DNA of 64,000 bases from Longimicrobiales bacterium (GTDB lineage Bacteria; Gemmatimonadota; Gemmatimonadetes; Longimicrobiales; Gaopeijiaceae), in the NCBI GenBank assembly GCA_965202985.1, contig CBDBCF010000001.1:2016001-2080000 (forward strand), written 5' to 3'. Within the stretch, counting starts at the first letter, position 1. Each line of letters opens with the position of its first letter. Both the position numbers and the translations under genes were made by a program. Below are positions 1 to 9,684 of the stretch, piece after piece. The notes beneath the pieces are model-generated. The model was not told the origin of the DNA, searched no databases, and saw only the letters and a list, made by a program, of their open reading frames with translations.

Positions 1-1785
1 GATCGCCCGAAGACGGCCCGTGGCGCGGTCGGTGATCATGGCCGCAGGAGCGCCGACGGAGCGTTCCAGGACGAAGAAGCCCTCGGGCCCCGAAAGGACC
101 ACCTTGTCGAGCGCGCCGTCCCGCAGCGGGTCGTACGGGACCGTGAAGAGAAAGCGTCCGCCGCCGAACTCCACCGGACTGGCGTCGAAGCGAAACGAGA
201 AGCTTTGCTCGCCGGCGGGACCCAGCCCCTCCAGGCGGTAGGGGCGTCCGGCGCCGACATCCGGGGCGAAGCCGGCGGACGGCATCCGAGGCGCCGCGTC
301 CACCCAAAACGCCGGGTCCAGGCGCAGCTCTCCGCCCCCGGCGCTTCCCCACAGGAGCAGCGATTTCTGCGCGGGTGCGCTGGCGTTCTGCACCGGTGCG
401 CGGGCGACAGGCCCGCCGGCAGGGACCCCGGCCCCTTCGGTCTTGATCCGGTACTCCATCGCGCGGACGAAGTGGTAGTCGCTGATCCAGGTGGGCTGGC
501 AGTATCCCATTACGTCCCGGAACAGGGACGGGTTCACCAAGTGGTCGTGCCGAAAGTCGTACCCCCAGACGCCGATGCTGCCGCCCTGGTGGGGATATGC
601 TTCGTCGGAGCCGGCCGCCCCGCCGCACGGCGCATGGCGGAGCCCCAGGTTGTGCCCCAGCTCGTGGGCGAGGGTTCGGCCGTCGGGCACGCCCACGCTG
701 ATCCGGAAGTTGCCGATGTAGCCCAAGCCGTCCCAGGTCGACCCTTCGGGCGGCGCCACCGCGCCGTAGTAGTAGCCGGGCTCGCCGTCCCGGATGTGCA
801 GGAAGGTGAGTTCGCCCAGGAGCCTGCCCCACCCGGCGCTGGTGGTCAGGTCCACCGACGTGGTGTACGGCTCGCGAACCGTGGCCCGCATCTCGCCGAT
901 GGGAAGGGTGGCGCGGGCCAGGTGCACTTGGTCGCCGTCCTCGTTCAGGCCGCGCGTCCACTCCTGCACGCGCTGCCCGGAGTGCGACGCGATCATGACC
1001 GGCACCACCGTCAGGTCCAGGCGGCCCAAGGTCCGTACGTCCAAGGCGAAGCGCCCTCGGGCGGGCAGTCGCACTTGGCTGCCCGACGCCAGGGGCACCG
1101 TGCCGTCCCGGTCCAGCTCCACCACCATGCTTGTGCCCGGCTGCAAGACGTCCCCCGGCACGAGCGCGTTGTAGGAGCGGTCCATGCGGCTTTCGTCCAC
1201 GGCGCTGGGCAACAGCTCGGAGCCGGGACTCATCAGCGCGTTTCGGACCAGCCTGTCGCCCTGGAAGAAGAGGGCGTGAACCCGCGGCTGATAGAAGCTG
1301 AGCCGGTCGCCCGTCACGAAAACGCGAAGCAGCGCGTCGCGGCCCGCCACCAGAGGCACGTCGCCGTCGTCCGTCTGCACGCCCTGCGAAAGGTGGAACG
1401 CGGGTGCCGACAGCCGCACCTCGGTCGGGTTGACGCGCAGCCGGGTCGTGGTCGCGAGCCGCGCCACCTTCACCGAGACCTCGCCGTCCGCAAAGCCCCG
1501 GGCCTCCACCCAACCGTCGTCGGAGACCTGCACGCCCCCGCCCGAGCTCGAGCCGGACCAAGCGGGAGGCGCCCACGAGGGCGGCCCCTTCATGGGGTTG
1601 CCGGACTGGTCCAGCACCTGGACCCGGAACCGGACCCTGTCGCCCGCGACCAGCAGCGTGTCCGAGGGCACGATCGCCAGCGACGTGGGAACGTGCTTCG
1701 GCGCAAAGGTCAGGCCGTCGCAGCTTGCCGTGGCCAGCACTGCCAGCGCCGCCGCGGCAAACGGCCGGCGCCAGGGTTCAGCCAC
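1..1785 (-). CDS. M66-like zinc metallopeptidase lipoprotein (3' end runs off the window); paralog of 2377-4242
   Basis: Absent from the ORF track because it has no stop in the window. Manual translation from GTG 1785 gives MAEPWRRPFAAAALAVLATAS-C (lipobox-like), later TLAHELGHNLGLRHAPCG (HEXXHXXGXXH). Colinear with 2377-4242. Confidence 0.85.
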   Translation of the reverse strand, partial: MAEPWRRPFAAAALAVLATASCDGLTFAPKHVPTSLAIVPSDTLLVAGDRVRFRVQVLDQSGNPMKGPPSWAPPAWSGSSSGGGVQVSDDGWVEARGFADGEVSVKVARLATTTRLRVNPTEVRLSAPAFHLSQGVQTDDGDVPLVAGRDALLRVFVTGDRLSFYQPRVHALFFQGDRLVRNALMSPGSELLPSAVDESRMDRSYNALVPGDVLQPGTSMVVELDRDGTVPLASGSQVRLPARGRFALDVRTLGRLDLTVVPVMIASHSGQRVQEWTRGLNEDGDQVHLARATLPIGEMRATVREPYTTSVDLTTSAGWGRLLGELTFLHIRDGEPGYYYGAVAPPEGSTWDGLGYIGNFRISVGVPDGRTLAHELGHNLGLRHAPCGGAAGSDEAYPHQGGSIGVWGYDFRHDHLVNPSLFRDVMGYCQPTWISDYHFVRAMEYRIKTEGAGVPAGGPVARAPVQNASAPAQKSLLLWGSAGGGELRLDPAFWVDAAPRMPSAGFAPDVGAGRPYRLEGLGPAGEQSFSFRFDASPVEFGGGRFLFTVPYDPLRDGALDKVVLSGPEGFFVLERSVGAPAAMITDRATGRLRAI

Positions 1786-2380
1786 CGCCGATGCGATAGG
1801 CCAAGCCCACGTCCAGCGCCAGGGCGACGGCTTGGTCCGACTCCGAAGCCGTGTTGGCGGACATCCACCGATAAGAGATGCCGGGCATGAACTGCAACCG
1901 CCCCGAGCCGATGCGGAGGCCGCCCGCTCCCAAGACGCCCACGCCGAAGCTGGACGCGTCCCCGTCGGTCCCGGCGCTGGCGACGCCCGCCATCAGCCCC
2001 AATCGCAACCATGGACCGCCGCTTCCCCACTCGGCGCCGACGGCGGCGTGGTTGCCCGTGACCCCGACGTCCTGGTCGGCGCAGTAGCCTTCTTCGCACC
2101 CGAACGATGTGCGGTAGTAGCCGGCGAAGAGGGCGATTCGAGGCCACATCTGCCGACGGACCGCCAAGTCGAACGACAGGGAAGGGTCGATGTCCAGGGC
2201 CGCCGCCGAGCCGCTGTGGCTGCCCACGGTGAGACCCGCGCGAAACTCGACCTGCATGGGCTGGGATGCGCCGTTCTCCTCTTGGGCGGTCGCGAAGACG
2301 GGGCCCAACGCCGCCGTCAGGGCGCAGGCGATCGCGGCCGTCGCCGGCGCTCGAAGGCGCTTGGATGTTCGCCGGCTCAC
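1778..2380 (-). CDS. outer-membrane beta-barrel-like protein
   Basis: Signal peptide ending ATA-QE, alternating beta-strand pattern, C-terminal LALDVGLAYRIGG. GTG start overlaps the upstream TGA. Confidence 0.7.
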   Translation of the reverse strand: MSRRTSKRLRAPATAAIACALTAALGPVFATAQEENGASQPMQVEFRAGLTVGSHSGSAAALDIDPSLSFDLAVRRQMWPRIALFAGYYRTSFGCEEGYCADQDVGVTGNHAAVGAEWGSGGPWLRLGLMAGVASAGTDGDASSFGVGVLGAGGLRIGSGRLQFMPGISYRWMSANTASESDQAVALALDVGLAYRIGGG

Positions 2381-4242
2381 GGACGTCCCACGGGCAGGCC
2401 GTCGCTGAGCAGCACTTCGGCGTCGGCGTCCGCTCGCAGCGCCGCGGCGTCCGTCCAGTTGCGGACGATCGCGCGCACCTGACCGCTGGTTCGGTCGCGC
2501 ACGATCGCCGCCAAGCGGGCGCCGCCGCTCGTCATGACCGCCTCGCCTTCGGGGCCCGACAACACGATGCGCTCCAGCGCGCCGTCTCGAGCGCGGTCGT
2601 AGGGAAGGACGAACATGAAGTGCGCACCGCCGTGCTCCACGGGGTCGGGCGCGAAGGCGAAGTCGTACAGGGAGCGGCCGCCGGCGCCTCGGACCTGCAA
2701 GCGGTAGGGGCCGGGGCCGTCGAGCGTCGGCATGGTCGCTTGGGCGTCCATCGCGAAGGCGGGCTCGAGCATCAGCTCGCCGTTCCCGGCGCTTCCCCAC
2801 ACCAAGAGGGCCGGTTGGGTCCGGGCGACGGTCGACGCGGGCTGCGCAGTCGAGGCGAGCGGCCCCTTCACCCGCGGCGTGGAAGGCGTCTGCGGCTCGT
2901 TGTTCAGCCGGTGATCGACGGCCCTGGCGAAGTGATAGTCGCTTACCCAGTTCGAGTTGCAGTATCCCATGAAGTCGTTGAACCGGTCGGGGTCGACCAG
3001 TCTGCCTTCGCGGAACTTGTAGCCCCAGACGCCGATCTTGCCGCTGTCGTACGGGTAGTTGATGTCGGGGTTGCCCGCCCCGCCGCACGGCGCATGAAGC
3101 AGGCTCATGTTGTGCCCCAGTTCGTGCGCGAAGGTGTCGCCCGAAGGCCTTCCCACGCTGGCCCTGGGGCATCCCTCGCATCCGATGTAGCCCAGGCCGC
3201 CCCACTGGGAGCCCGGCGGCAGCACAACCACGCCGTAGTAGTAGCCGACTCGACCTTCCAGTCGCCAGAGCGCGGCGATCTCCCGCAGGAACGTGGACCA
3301 GCCGGGACCCGTGGTCAGGTCGGCGGAGGTGTAGAACTCCTCGTGCACGGCAACCCTCATGTCGCCGATCGGCAGGTAGGAGCGCGCCAGCTCCATCTGG
3401 GAGCTCTCCGGCGTCAGGTTGCGGGTCCAGCCGAACACCCGCTCGTCCGGCGCGTCCTCGAGCAACACAGGCACCACCGTGATGTCCAGCCGGGGCATGG
3501 TGTGCACGTCCAGCGGCATCCGACCGTCGGCCGGCACCCGAGTCGCGCTCCCCGGCGCCAGCGGCACCGCGTCTTCGGTGTCAAGCTCCACCACCAGCTC
3601 CACGCCGGGCTGCATGACCTCGGCGGGAATGCGCGCGTTGAACGAACGGTCCAGCCGGCCCTCGACCACTTCGTCGGGGATCAGAAGCCCCGGCAACATG
3701 ATGGCCTGGTGGATCTGTTCGTCTTCGTGGTAAAAGGTGGCGCGCACCGTGGGCTGGTAGAAGCTCAGCTCGTCGCCGGTCGCGAAGACGCGAAGCAGCG
3801 CCTCCCGTCCCGCCACCAAAGGCACGGCGCCGTCGACGTTCTGGATGCCCTGCGTCAGGTAGACGGCGCCGGCGGACAGGGCCACGCTGCTGGGGTTGAT
3901 CCGCAACCGCGTCCACGCTTCCAGGCCGGCCAGCTTCGCCGTCAGGTTCACGTAGCCGCCCCGGAGCGGCGTGGCCGTCCCGTCCCTTTCCACCGACACC
4001 ACGTCCGGGTCGGACAGGGTCCACACGGGTTGCGCCCACGACGGCGGGCCGTCCATGGCGTTGCCGTCCTGGTCCTCGACGGTGACGCGAATGCGCACCT
4101 GGTCGCCTTCCGTGACCAAGCTGTCGAAGGGGGCCAGCGACATCGACGACGGAACCCGACTCGGCTCCAGCGCCAAGTGCTCGCACGCAGTTGCGCCCGC
4201 GAGCATCACGAGTCCGGAGACAAATCCGCGAATTGTATTCAT
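2377..4242 (-). CDS. M66-like zinc metallopeptidase lipoprotein with N-terminal Ig-like domain
   Basis: MNTIRGFVSGLVMLAGATA-C lipobox, FAHELGHNMSLLHAPCG zinc motif, DFMGYC Met-turn. ATGA overlap with the upstream gene. Confidence 0.85.
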   Translation of the reverse strand: MNTIRGFVSGLVMLAGATACEHLALEPSRVPSSMSLAPFDSLVTEGDQVRIRVTVEDQDGNAMDGPPSWAQPVWTLSDPDVVSVERDGTATPLRGGYVNLTAKLAGLEAWTRLRINPSSVALSAGAVYLTQGIQNVDGAVPLVAGREALLRVFATGDELSFYQPTVRATFYHEDEQIHQAIMLPGLLIPDEVVEGRLDRSFNARIPAEVMQPGVELVVELDTEDAVPLAPGSATRVPADGRMPLDVHTMPRLDITVVPVLLEDAPDERVFGWTRNLTPESSQMELARSYLPIGDMRVAVHEEFYTSADLTTGPGWSTFLREIAALWRLEGRVGYYYGVVVLPPGSQWGGLGYIGCEGCPRASVGRPSGDTFAHELGHNMSLLHAPCGGAGNPDINYPYDSGKIGVWGYKFREGRLVDPDRFNDFMGYCNSNWVSDYHFARAVDHRLNNEPQTPSTPRVKGPLASTAQPASTVARTQPALLVWGSAGNGELMLEPAFAMDAQATMPTLDGPGPYRLQVRGAGGRSLYDFAFAPDPVEHGGAHFMFVLPYDRARDGALERIVLSGPEGEAVMTSGGARLAAIVRDRTSGQVRAIVRNWTDAAALRADADAEVLLSDGLPVGRP

Positions 4243-5201
4243 GACGGCAACGTAGCGACTCCTTCCTTGGCGGGCGAACGGGCCGGCTCGGCGGGCAGAC
4301 CGGGCGACTCGGCGGGCGAACGGGGCGGCCTTGCCGGCGCGAGGGGCGCCGATTCGCGGATCTTCACGTTGCGGAACCACACGGGGTCGCCGTGGTCCTG
4401 AAGGCCGACGTGACCTGACGGGGCCATGCCGTAGCCCGGCCACTCGCCGAACTTGCTGGCCGCGACCAGGCGACGCCAAGCGTCCGACCACAGCTCGTAG
4501 GAGACGATGCGCGCGCCGTTGAGCCAGTGCTCGACGCGGGGACCGCGAACCACGATGCGCGCATGGTTCCACTCGCCGGCGCGCCGCGCCGCGTCTTCGG
4601 AGGGGGCGTGAAGCCCGTAGTTGGCGCCGGCGGAGGTCTTGGGGGCGCTGCCGTCGGGGTGGGCCGCGTTGTCGAGGAGCTGCATCTCGGGGCCGGTCCA
4701 GTAGGGAGTTCGCTCGGTCTCGGTGAGGCGGAAGAAGACGCCGCTGTTGCCGCCGGGGCCGACCTTCCACTCCAGCGACAGCTCGAAGTCGGCGAACATG
4801 TCCGTCGTGATCAGGTCGGCTGGGCGTGCGGGGCCGTCCTGGGCGCCATCCCTTTCGAGCGGTGCGAACGCGAGCGTGCCGTCCGTAGCCGACCAGCCCG
4901 GCGCGACGCCCTCCATGCGGTAGCCGCGCCAGCCGGCCAGGCTGCTGCCGTCGAACAGGAGTCGCCAACCCGCCGCTTCCTCTTCGGGCGTGAGCCGATT
5001 GTGAACGGGCTCTTGCGAGTGCGACTGGTGGGGGTGCGACTGGACTTGCGCGTGCGACTGGACTTGCGCGTCCGGTCGGGGCTCGGGCGCGGGAACAGGT
5101 GCCGGCTTCGCCTGGGTTGCCGCGCCGGATGCCCAAGTCGCGCAAACCACGCAGAACGCGCAGGTCGCGCAGAACGCCATGCGACTCCAAGTCCACTTCA
5201 T
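4239..5201 (-). CDS. DUF1080 family protein (3-keto-disaccharide hydrolase/lyase-like), secreted
   Basis: LTPEEEAAGWRLLFDG, GNSGVFF, GPEMQLLD, GLQDHG and WFRNVKIRE motifs; signal peptide; start uncertain. Confidence 0.9.
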   Translation of the reverse strand: MKWTWSRMAFCATCAFCVVCATWASGAATQAKPAPVPAPEPRPDAQVQSHAQVQSHPHQSHSQEPVHNRLTPEEEAAGWRLLFDGSSLAGWRGYRMEGVAPGWSATDGTLAFAPLERDGAQDGPARPADLITTDMFADFELSLEWKVGPGGNSGVFFRLTETERTPYWTGPEMQLLDNAAHPDGSAPKTSAGANYGLHAPSEDAARRAGEWNHARIVVRGPRVEHWLNGARIVSYELWSDAWRRLVAASKFGEWPGYGMAPSGHVGLQDHGDPVWFRNVKIRESAPLAPARPPRSPAESPGLPAEPARSPAKEGVATLPS

Positions 5202-5221
5202 CTTTCGTGCTCCTTAGCAGC

Positions 5222-6247
5222 TTATGGCTGGCGATTCTCCTTGAATGCAGCGTCGAACGCCGCCTGGGCCGGGGGGAAGTCCAGCCGGCGAACGAACCGG
5301 CAAGCCTCGGCGGCGCCGTGCTCGCGATCCATCTCGGGGTCCTCCCACTCTACCGACAAGGGGCCCCGATAGCCGGTCCGCGCAAGGGCTCGCGCGACCG
5401 CCTCGAAGTCGACGCGCCCTCTGCCGGGCGAGCGGAAGTCCCAGAAGCGGCGGGGGTCGCCGAACGCCGTGTGGCCGCCGAAGACGCCCGCCCGAGCCGG
5501 CTGCCGCGACCACCACACGTCCTTGACGTGAACATGGTGCACGCGCTCGCCGAACCGGGCCGCGAACCCTACGTAGTCCACGCCTTGATACGCAAGGTGG
5601 CTGGGGTCGTAGTTGAAGCCGAACGCCGCGTGGCCGTCCAGCGCGTCCAGCGCGCGTTGGGCGGTGACCCAGTCGAATGCGATCTCGGTGGGGTGGACCT
5701 CCAGGGCGAAGCGAACGCTTTCCTGGGCGAATGCGTCCAGCACCGGCGTCCACGCGTCAGCGAAGGCGCGGAAGCCGTCGTCGATGCGCTCGGGCGGGAC
5801 CGGCGGAAACGAGTACAGCAGGTGCCACACGGGACTGCCGGTAAAGCCGTTCACCACCCCGACCCCCAGGCGCGCCGCCGCTCGGGCCGTGTCCTTCATC
5901 TCTTGCGCCGCCCGTCGCCGCACGCCGTCCGGGTCGCCGTCCCCCCAAACGCGGGCCGGCAAGATCGCGCGATGCCGGTCGTCGATCCTGTCGCACACCG
6001 CTTGGCCCGTCAGGTGGTTGCTGATCGCCCAGACGCCCAGGCCGTGGCGCGCCAGCAGCTCCCGCCGCCCGCGGCAGTAGTCCGGGTCCGCCAACGCCGC
6101 CTGCACGTCGAAGTGGCCGCCCCAGCACGCCAGTTCCAGGCCGTCGTAGCCCCAGGCCGCCGCCTTCTCCGCCAGCACTTCCAGAGGCATGTCGGCCCAT
6201 TGCCCGGTGAAGAGGGTGACGGGGCGCTTGGGGGCGGCCTCCGTCAC
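5222..6247 (-). CDS. sugar phosphate isomerase/epimerase (xylose-isomerase-like TIM barrel)
   Basis: [50 protein letters not shown]. Confidence 0.9.
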   Translation of the reverse strand: MTEAAPKRPVTLFTGQWADMPLEVLAEKAAAWGYDGLELACWGGHFDVQAALADPDYCRGRRELLARHGLGVWAISNHLTGQAVCDRIDDRHRAILPARVWGDGDPDGVRRRAAQEMKDTARAAARLGVGVVNGFTGSPVWHLLYSFPPVPPERIDDGFRAFADAWTPVLDAFAQESVRFALEVHPTEIAFDWVTAQRALDALDGHAAFGFNYDPSHLAYQGVDYVGFAARFGERVHHVHVKDVWWSRQPARAGVFGGHTAFGDPRRFWDFRSPGRGRVDFEAVARALARTGYRGPLSVEWEDPEMDREHGAAEACRFVRRLDFPPAQAAFDAAFKENRQP

Positions 6248-7482
6248 GGGGCCGCGTCTCCCGCGACCGGTCCCGAGGCGGCCAAGGTTCCCGCGGCTGC
6301 GGCGTCTCCCGAGGCGCGCGCGTCTCCCGGCGCCGTCCAACGCCCGCCGCTCGCGGACCGGAGCACCGCATCCACGAACTCCACCCCGCGAACGCCGTCT
6401 TCGTGATCGGGAAAGTCCCTGGGTCCGGCGTCCGTTCCGGCCATTGCCGCGCCCACTGCGCGCCCCGCGTTCCGGTACACGTTGGCGAACGCTTCCACGA
6501 ACCCTTCCGGGTGGCCGGGCGGAAGGCGCGCGGCGTCGCGGGCCGCGTCCGACAGATACGGACTCCCTCGCGTCAGCGTCCGCCGGGGCTCGGCGTCGAA
6601 CAGCAGGCGCAGCTCGTCGGGCCGCTCCTGGCGCCAGTCCAGTCCGCCCTTGTCGCCGTAGACGCGCAAGCGCAGGCCGTTCTCTTCGCCCGCGCACACC
6701 TGGCTGACGTGAAAGACGCCCCGCGCGCCGCCGTCGAAACGCACAAGGATGCCCGCGTCGTCTTCCATCGACCGCCCAGGCACCAGGCGACCCAAGTCGG
6801 CGAAGACCGATTCGATCTCCAGTCCGGTGACGTAGTGCACCAGGTTTTGCATGTGGGACCCGATGTCGGCCACGGCCGAAGACGGCCCGGCCCGCGCGGG
6901 GTCCAGTCGCCACGCCGCCTGCTTGTGCCCCGTGTCCTCCAAGCGGTCCGACAGCCAGCCTTGGGCGTACTCCGCGACCACCTTGCGCACCGTCCCCAGG
7001 CGCCGGGCCCGCACTTGGCGCCGGGCCTCCTTGGCCATGGGGTAGCCCGTGTAGTTGTGCGTCAGGGCGAAGACGCGCCCCGTCCCGACCACGGTGTCGC
7101 GCAGCGCTCGGGCGCCGGCCACGGTCGCGGTCATCGGCTTGTCGCACACGACGTGAAAGCCGGCCTCCAGGAACGCCGTCGCGACGGGCCGGTGCAGCCG
7201 GTTCGGCACGACGACGGCCACGGCGTCAATGGCGTCTCCCTCGGGTCCCAGGGCCGATTCGGCCATGGCCATTTCCCGGTAGTCGCCGTAGACCCGGGCC
7301 GAGTCCAGTCCCAGTTCCCGTCCCTGCTCCCGCGACCGCTCCGGCGACGCCGAAAACGCGCCGGCCACCAACTCCCATTCGCCGTCCAGCGCCGCCGCCA
7401 TGCGGTGCACCGACCCGATGAAAGCGCCCGGTCCACCGCCGACCATGCCGTAGCGCAGCTTCCGGCCCAGGAAGGGGTTCAG
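6244..7482 (-). CDS. Gfo/Idh/MocA family oxidoreductase
   Basis: [17 protein letters not shown]ossmann motif, [26 protein letters not shown]. Start placed at CTG 7482 (see findings). Confidence 0.88.
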   Translation of the reverse strand: MNPFLGRKLRYGMVGGGPGAFIGSVHRMAAALDGEWELVAGAFSASPERSREQGRELGLDSARVYGDYREMAMAESALGPEGDAIDAVAVVVPNRLHRPVATAFLEAGFHVVCDKPMTATVAGARALRDTVVGTGRVFALTHNYTGYPMAKEARRQVRARRLGTVRKVVAEYAQGWLSDRLEDTGHKQAAWRLDPARAGPSSAVADIGSHMQNLVHYVTGLEIESVFADLGRLVPGRSMEDDAGILVRFDGGARGVFHVSQVCAGEENGLRLRVYGDKGGLDWRQERPDELRLLFDAEPRRTLTRGSPYLSDAARDAARLPPGHPEGFVEAFANVYRNAGRAVGAAMAGTDAGPRDFPDHEDGVRGVEFVDAVLRSASGGRWTAPGDARASGDAAAAGTLAASGPVAGDAAP

Positions 7483-8864
7483 GCGTGCCTCTCCTGTCCG
7501 GAGCGCGTTGCTTGCGCGTTGCGCGGACGCCGCGCGTCGCGCCCCTGCCGCCGGCGTCGGTCCCGCAGGTGCAGCACGCCGAACACCAGCGCCAAGACCA
7601 CGCACGCCGGCGCCAAGTAGAGGAACGACGCCAAGCCCCCCGCATACTCCGCGGGCGCGAGCAGCGCTTGGGCCTGCGCCACCGCCGCGGAATCGGTCGA
7701 AGAGGCGATCACGTCCCGCAGAGCGGCGGCCGTCTCTCCGGGCGGCAGCAGCGCATCCGCCCGTCGGTCCGCGATCGCGCCCATCTGCGGGGCGGTGACC
7801 AAGCCCACCATGGCCATGCCCACGGTTCCCATGAGCCCCAGCCCCAGGGCGCCGCTCCGGGGGACCCGCTCCGACACGAAGCCCAGCATCGTCGGCCAGA
7901 AGTAGCACACGCCCACCGCGAACACCGTGGCAGCGGCAAAGGTGGCGGCGGCGGACCCTCCCGCGCCCAGCCCAAGGAGTCCCAACCCCGACAGCACCGC
8001 CGACGCCAAGAGGACGCCGGTGGGCGAGGCGCGTCGAACCACGGGTCCCGCGAACCATCGCAGCACGGCCATGAGTCCGCTGATGTACACAAGCACGAGG
8101 ATGCCCGACATGCCGCCGGCCTCCAGCACGGCCGCGACCCACCGGTTGGGGCCAAGCTCCACCGACGCCGTCAGCGCCACGCACGCCAGCATGAGCAGCA
8201 TCAGCGGGGTGGTCAGCGCCGCGCGGAACATTTCGGCCATGGACACGCCCGAACGCACGCCTTCGGTCCGAGGGAACCGCTGGCCGAGCAGGAGCACGCC
8301 GTAGACGGCCGTAGGCAGGAGCACGAGCGCCATCTTGAGACGCCAGGCGTCCAGCCCCGCCGCGTCCAAGCCGTACGCCGCCAAGCCGCCCAGCACGATC
8401 CCGCCGGGGAACCACACGTGAAACTGGTTGAGCTTGACGGTCTTGTTGTCCGGATAGAGCGCCGCCACCAAGGGGTTGCACGCCGCCTCCACCAGCCCGT
8501 TGGCCATGGCGATGATCAACGCGCCCGCGAAGAGTCCCCAGAATCCGCCGGCGAAGATCATGATCAGCGTGCCCGCCAAGTGTCCCGCGAAGGCCGCGCG
8601 CAAGAGAAAACGCATCCCCAGGGTGTCGCAAAACGGCGAGAACACCAGTTGCGACACGGCAAAGCCCCAGAGCGCCGCGCCGCCGATCCATCCGACTTGC
8701 GCGTTGGTCAGCGCGAACTCGCCTTTCAGGGAGAACATGACGGCGCCCACCGTGGCGAAGGCGACCGAGGTGGCGACCAGCGCCACGCAGCTGCCCGCGA
8801 ACAGCCGACTGGCAGGGCTTGCGCCCGCGGTCGACTCCGAGCCGCCGTCAGGACGTATGGGCAT
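7479..8864 (-). CDS. MFS transporter
   Basis: About 12 hydrophobic segments; NGLVEAACNPLVAALYP and FHVWFPGGIV motifs. Confidence 0.9.
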   Translation of the reverse strand: MPIRPDGGSESTAGASPASRLFAGSCVALVATSVAFATVGAVMFSLKGEFALTNAQVGWIGGAALWGFAVSQLVFSPFCDTLGMRFLLRAAFAGHLAGTLIMIFAGGFWGLFAGALIIAMANGLVEAACNPLVAALYPDNKTVKLNQFHVWFPGGIVLGGLAAYGLDAAGLDAWRLKMALVLLPTAVYGVLLLGQRFPRTEGVRSGVSMAEMFRAALTTPLMLLMLACVALTASVELGPNRWVAAVLEAGGMSGILVLVYISGLMAVLRWFAGPVVRRASPTGVLLASAVLSGLGLLGLGAGGSAAATFAAATVFAVGVCYFWPTMLGFVSERVPRSGALGLGLMGTVGMAMVGLVTAPQMGAIADRRADALLPPGETAAALRDVIASSTDSAAVAQAQALLAPAEYAGGLASFLYLAPACVVLALVFGVLHLRDRRRRQGRDARRPRNAQATRSGQERHA

Positions 8865-9684
8865 ACTCTTCTCCGGGGTACTCGCCCTGCCGCACTTCGT
8901 CGGCGAAGCGAGCCACCGCGGACCGAACCGCTGCCCCCAACTCGGCGTAGCGCTTCAGGAAGCGCGGGTTGAAGCCTTCGTTGAGCCCCAGCAGGTCGTG
9001 AAGGATCAGGAGCTGCCCGTCGCAGTGGGCGCCGGCGCCGATGCTCACCGTGGGTACCGACAGGGCGTCGGTTACGCGCCGGGCGACGTCGGCCACCATG
9101 AGCTCGAGCAGCACCGAGAACGCGCCCGCGCTCTCCAAGAGCTTGGCGTCGCGCACAAGGTCGTCCACCGCTCCGTCGGCCCGGCCCTGCACGCGGTTGC
9201 CCCCGAGCTTGTGCACCGACTGGGGCGTGAACCCCAGGTGGCCCATGACCGGAACGCCCGCCGCCACGATCGCTTCCACGGCCGGCGCCGCCTCGGCGCC
9301 CCCCTCCAGCTTGACGGCCCCCGCGCCCGTCTCCTTCAGCAGGCGTCCCGCGTTCCGCACCGCCTGTCGGGGCGACACCTGGTAGCTCATGAACGGCATG
9401 TCCACCACGACCAGCGCCCGCCTTGCGCCCCGCACCACCAGCCGCCCGTGATAGACCATCTGGTCCATCGTCGCGCCCAGGGTCGTGTCCTCGCCGCAGA
9501 GCACGGTGGCCAGCGAGTCGCCCACCAGGATGGCGTCCACGCCGGCTTGGTCCACCAACGAAGCGAAGAGCGCGTCGTAGGCCGTGACCATGGCGATCTT
9601 CCGGCCCGCTTCCTTGCGCGCGGCGAAGTCCAAGACGCGCACCTTGCGTCCGTAGGGGGAACTTGCGGGGCGGTTTTCGGTCAT
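8848..9684 (-). CDS. panB: 3-methyl-2-oxobutanoate hydroxymethyltransferase
   Basis: MVTAYD, ILVGDSL, VDMPFMSY, VKLEGG, MGHLGFTPQS, IGAGAHCDGQ. Confidence 0.97.
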   Translation of the reverse strand: MTENRPASSPYGRKVRVLDFAARKEAGRKIAMVTAYDALFASLVDQAGVDAILVGDSLATVLCGEDTTLGATMDQMVYHGRLVVRGARRALVVVDMPFMSYQVSPRQAVRNAGRLLKETGAGAVKLEGGAEAAPAVEAIVAAGVPVMGHLGFTPQSVHKLGGNRVQGRADGAVDDLVRDAKLLESAGAFSVLLELMVADVARRVTDALSVPTVSIGAGAHCDGQLLILHDLLGLNEGFNPRFLKRYAELGAAVRSAVARFADEVRQGEYPGEEYAHTS

